Shown piece by piece: positions 63,241 to 64,000 of a stretch of DNA of 64,000 nucleotides. The notes below the pieces were generated by a model. The model was not told the origin of the DNA, did not search any database, and was given only the letters and a program-made list of their open reading frames with translations. The first letter of the stretch is position 1, and every line of letters starts with the position of its first letter. A program made the translations under genes and the position numbers. Origin of the DNA: Azolla caroliniana (taxonomy: Eukaryota > Plantae > Polypodiophyta); assembly GCA_043228905.1 (NCBI GenBank), contig JBHGNT010000002.1:20212001-20276000 (forward strand). Reading direction: 5' to 3'.

Positions 63241-64000
63241 ACGCGGAGGACACCGGGTATACGGCGTAGAAAGGGGCGTGGATATGGTCGATCAAGGGCC
63301 ATGAGACGAGCATGCATACGAGAAGAGATCATGGCAAACAACCTGTCGACAGGTCGAACGAGCCTACGGAGAGGATGGAACCGGAGCCGACGGTTCAGAC
63401 CGGCGGGGGCCAACACGGTAGCCGGGATGTGGATTACGGAAGGCCGGTTACTCACTACGGCCGGAATCACTCACCCTTCTCTAGATTTGGCATGTACCGA
63501 TGGACGTGCGGTTTGGTGGGGCCGGATGTATTGAAGATTCACGACCATAGTGAGAAAACATGAGAAGTTAGTGGTATCGACGAAGTGCATCATGTGCACT
63601 TACCCTTGTATAAACGTGTGAATAATAGGGGTGCCTTTATGGTGCCGAATAGGAGTTAGGTTGGGACAGAGAACCCCATGTAATAAGGGATTTATCCCAC
63701 ATTGTTACGCATCCCTCTCCTTGCTCTATAAAAGGAAGAGAGTGTCCCTTGTAAAAGGGGTTGCCCATTTTGAGTTAGGAAGGGTATACCACTTAGGTCT
63801 AGGGTTTGGTAGTTTTCTTGGTCTTCATCTTATTCTTATTCCCTTAGGGTTTGTACTTTGGTCTTTTCACCCTATTTCGTTTAAGGGTTTCATTTTAGTC
63901 TTCTTCATTGTCTCATGGGTTTGGTCCATTCTTTCGAGTGGATGTTAGTATTCCGTTTAGGTTCTTCTTCTTGTGAGAGTTCGTGCGAGTTAGGGTTTAT
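63241..64000 (+). repeat. Probable LTR-like sequence of a further element, running off the window
   Basis: ccgg-rich segment, ctataaaagg TATA near 63726, then a T-rich R/U5-like segment; no partner copy visible. Confidence 0.35.

Overview
Nuclear DNA from a land plant, most likely a non-seed plant judging by the Tcn1-like chromoviruses (inference). The window has three parts. (1) 1-1030: the 3' part of a spliced, prokaryote-type beta-class DNA amino-methyltransferase gene (DIPY ... DLFSGTG). It is followed by a nested retrotransposon stack (2.1-23.2 kb): RTE-like LINE > Copia > non-chromovirus Gypsy > two solo LTRs plus a self-priming chromovirus. (2) 25-46.5 kb: a gene island with a membrane-anchored alpha/beta-hydrolase (+), an isocitrate lyase/PEP mutase-family lyase (-) and an SDP1 patatin lipase (-), interspersed with LINE fragments, a MITE and tandem repeats. 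(3) 47.4-64 kb: a second nest (Copia > Gypsy > Gypsy) joined by an apparent deletion to a chromovirus inserted in a divergent Gypsy. The strongest leads are the intron-containing amino-methyltransferase, a Gypsy element with an inverted tRNA primer site where the polypurine tract should be, antisense tRNA-like Pol III cassettes inside two unrelated LTRs, and a long extra ORF after integrase. All boundaries were read by eye and may be off by a few bases.
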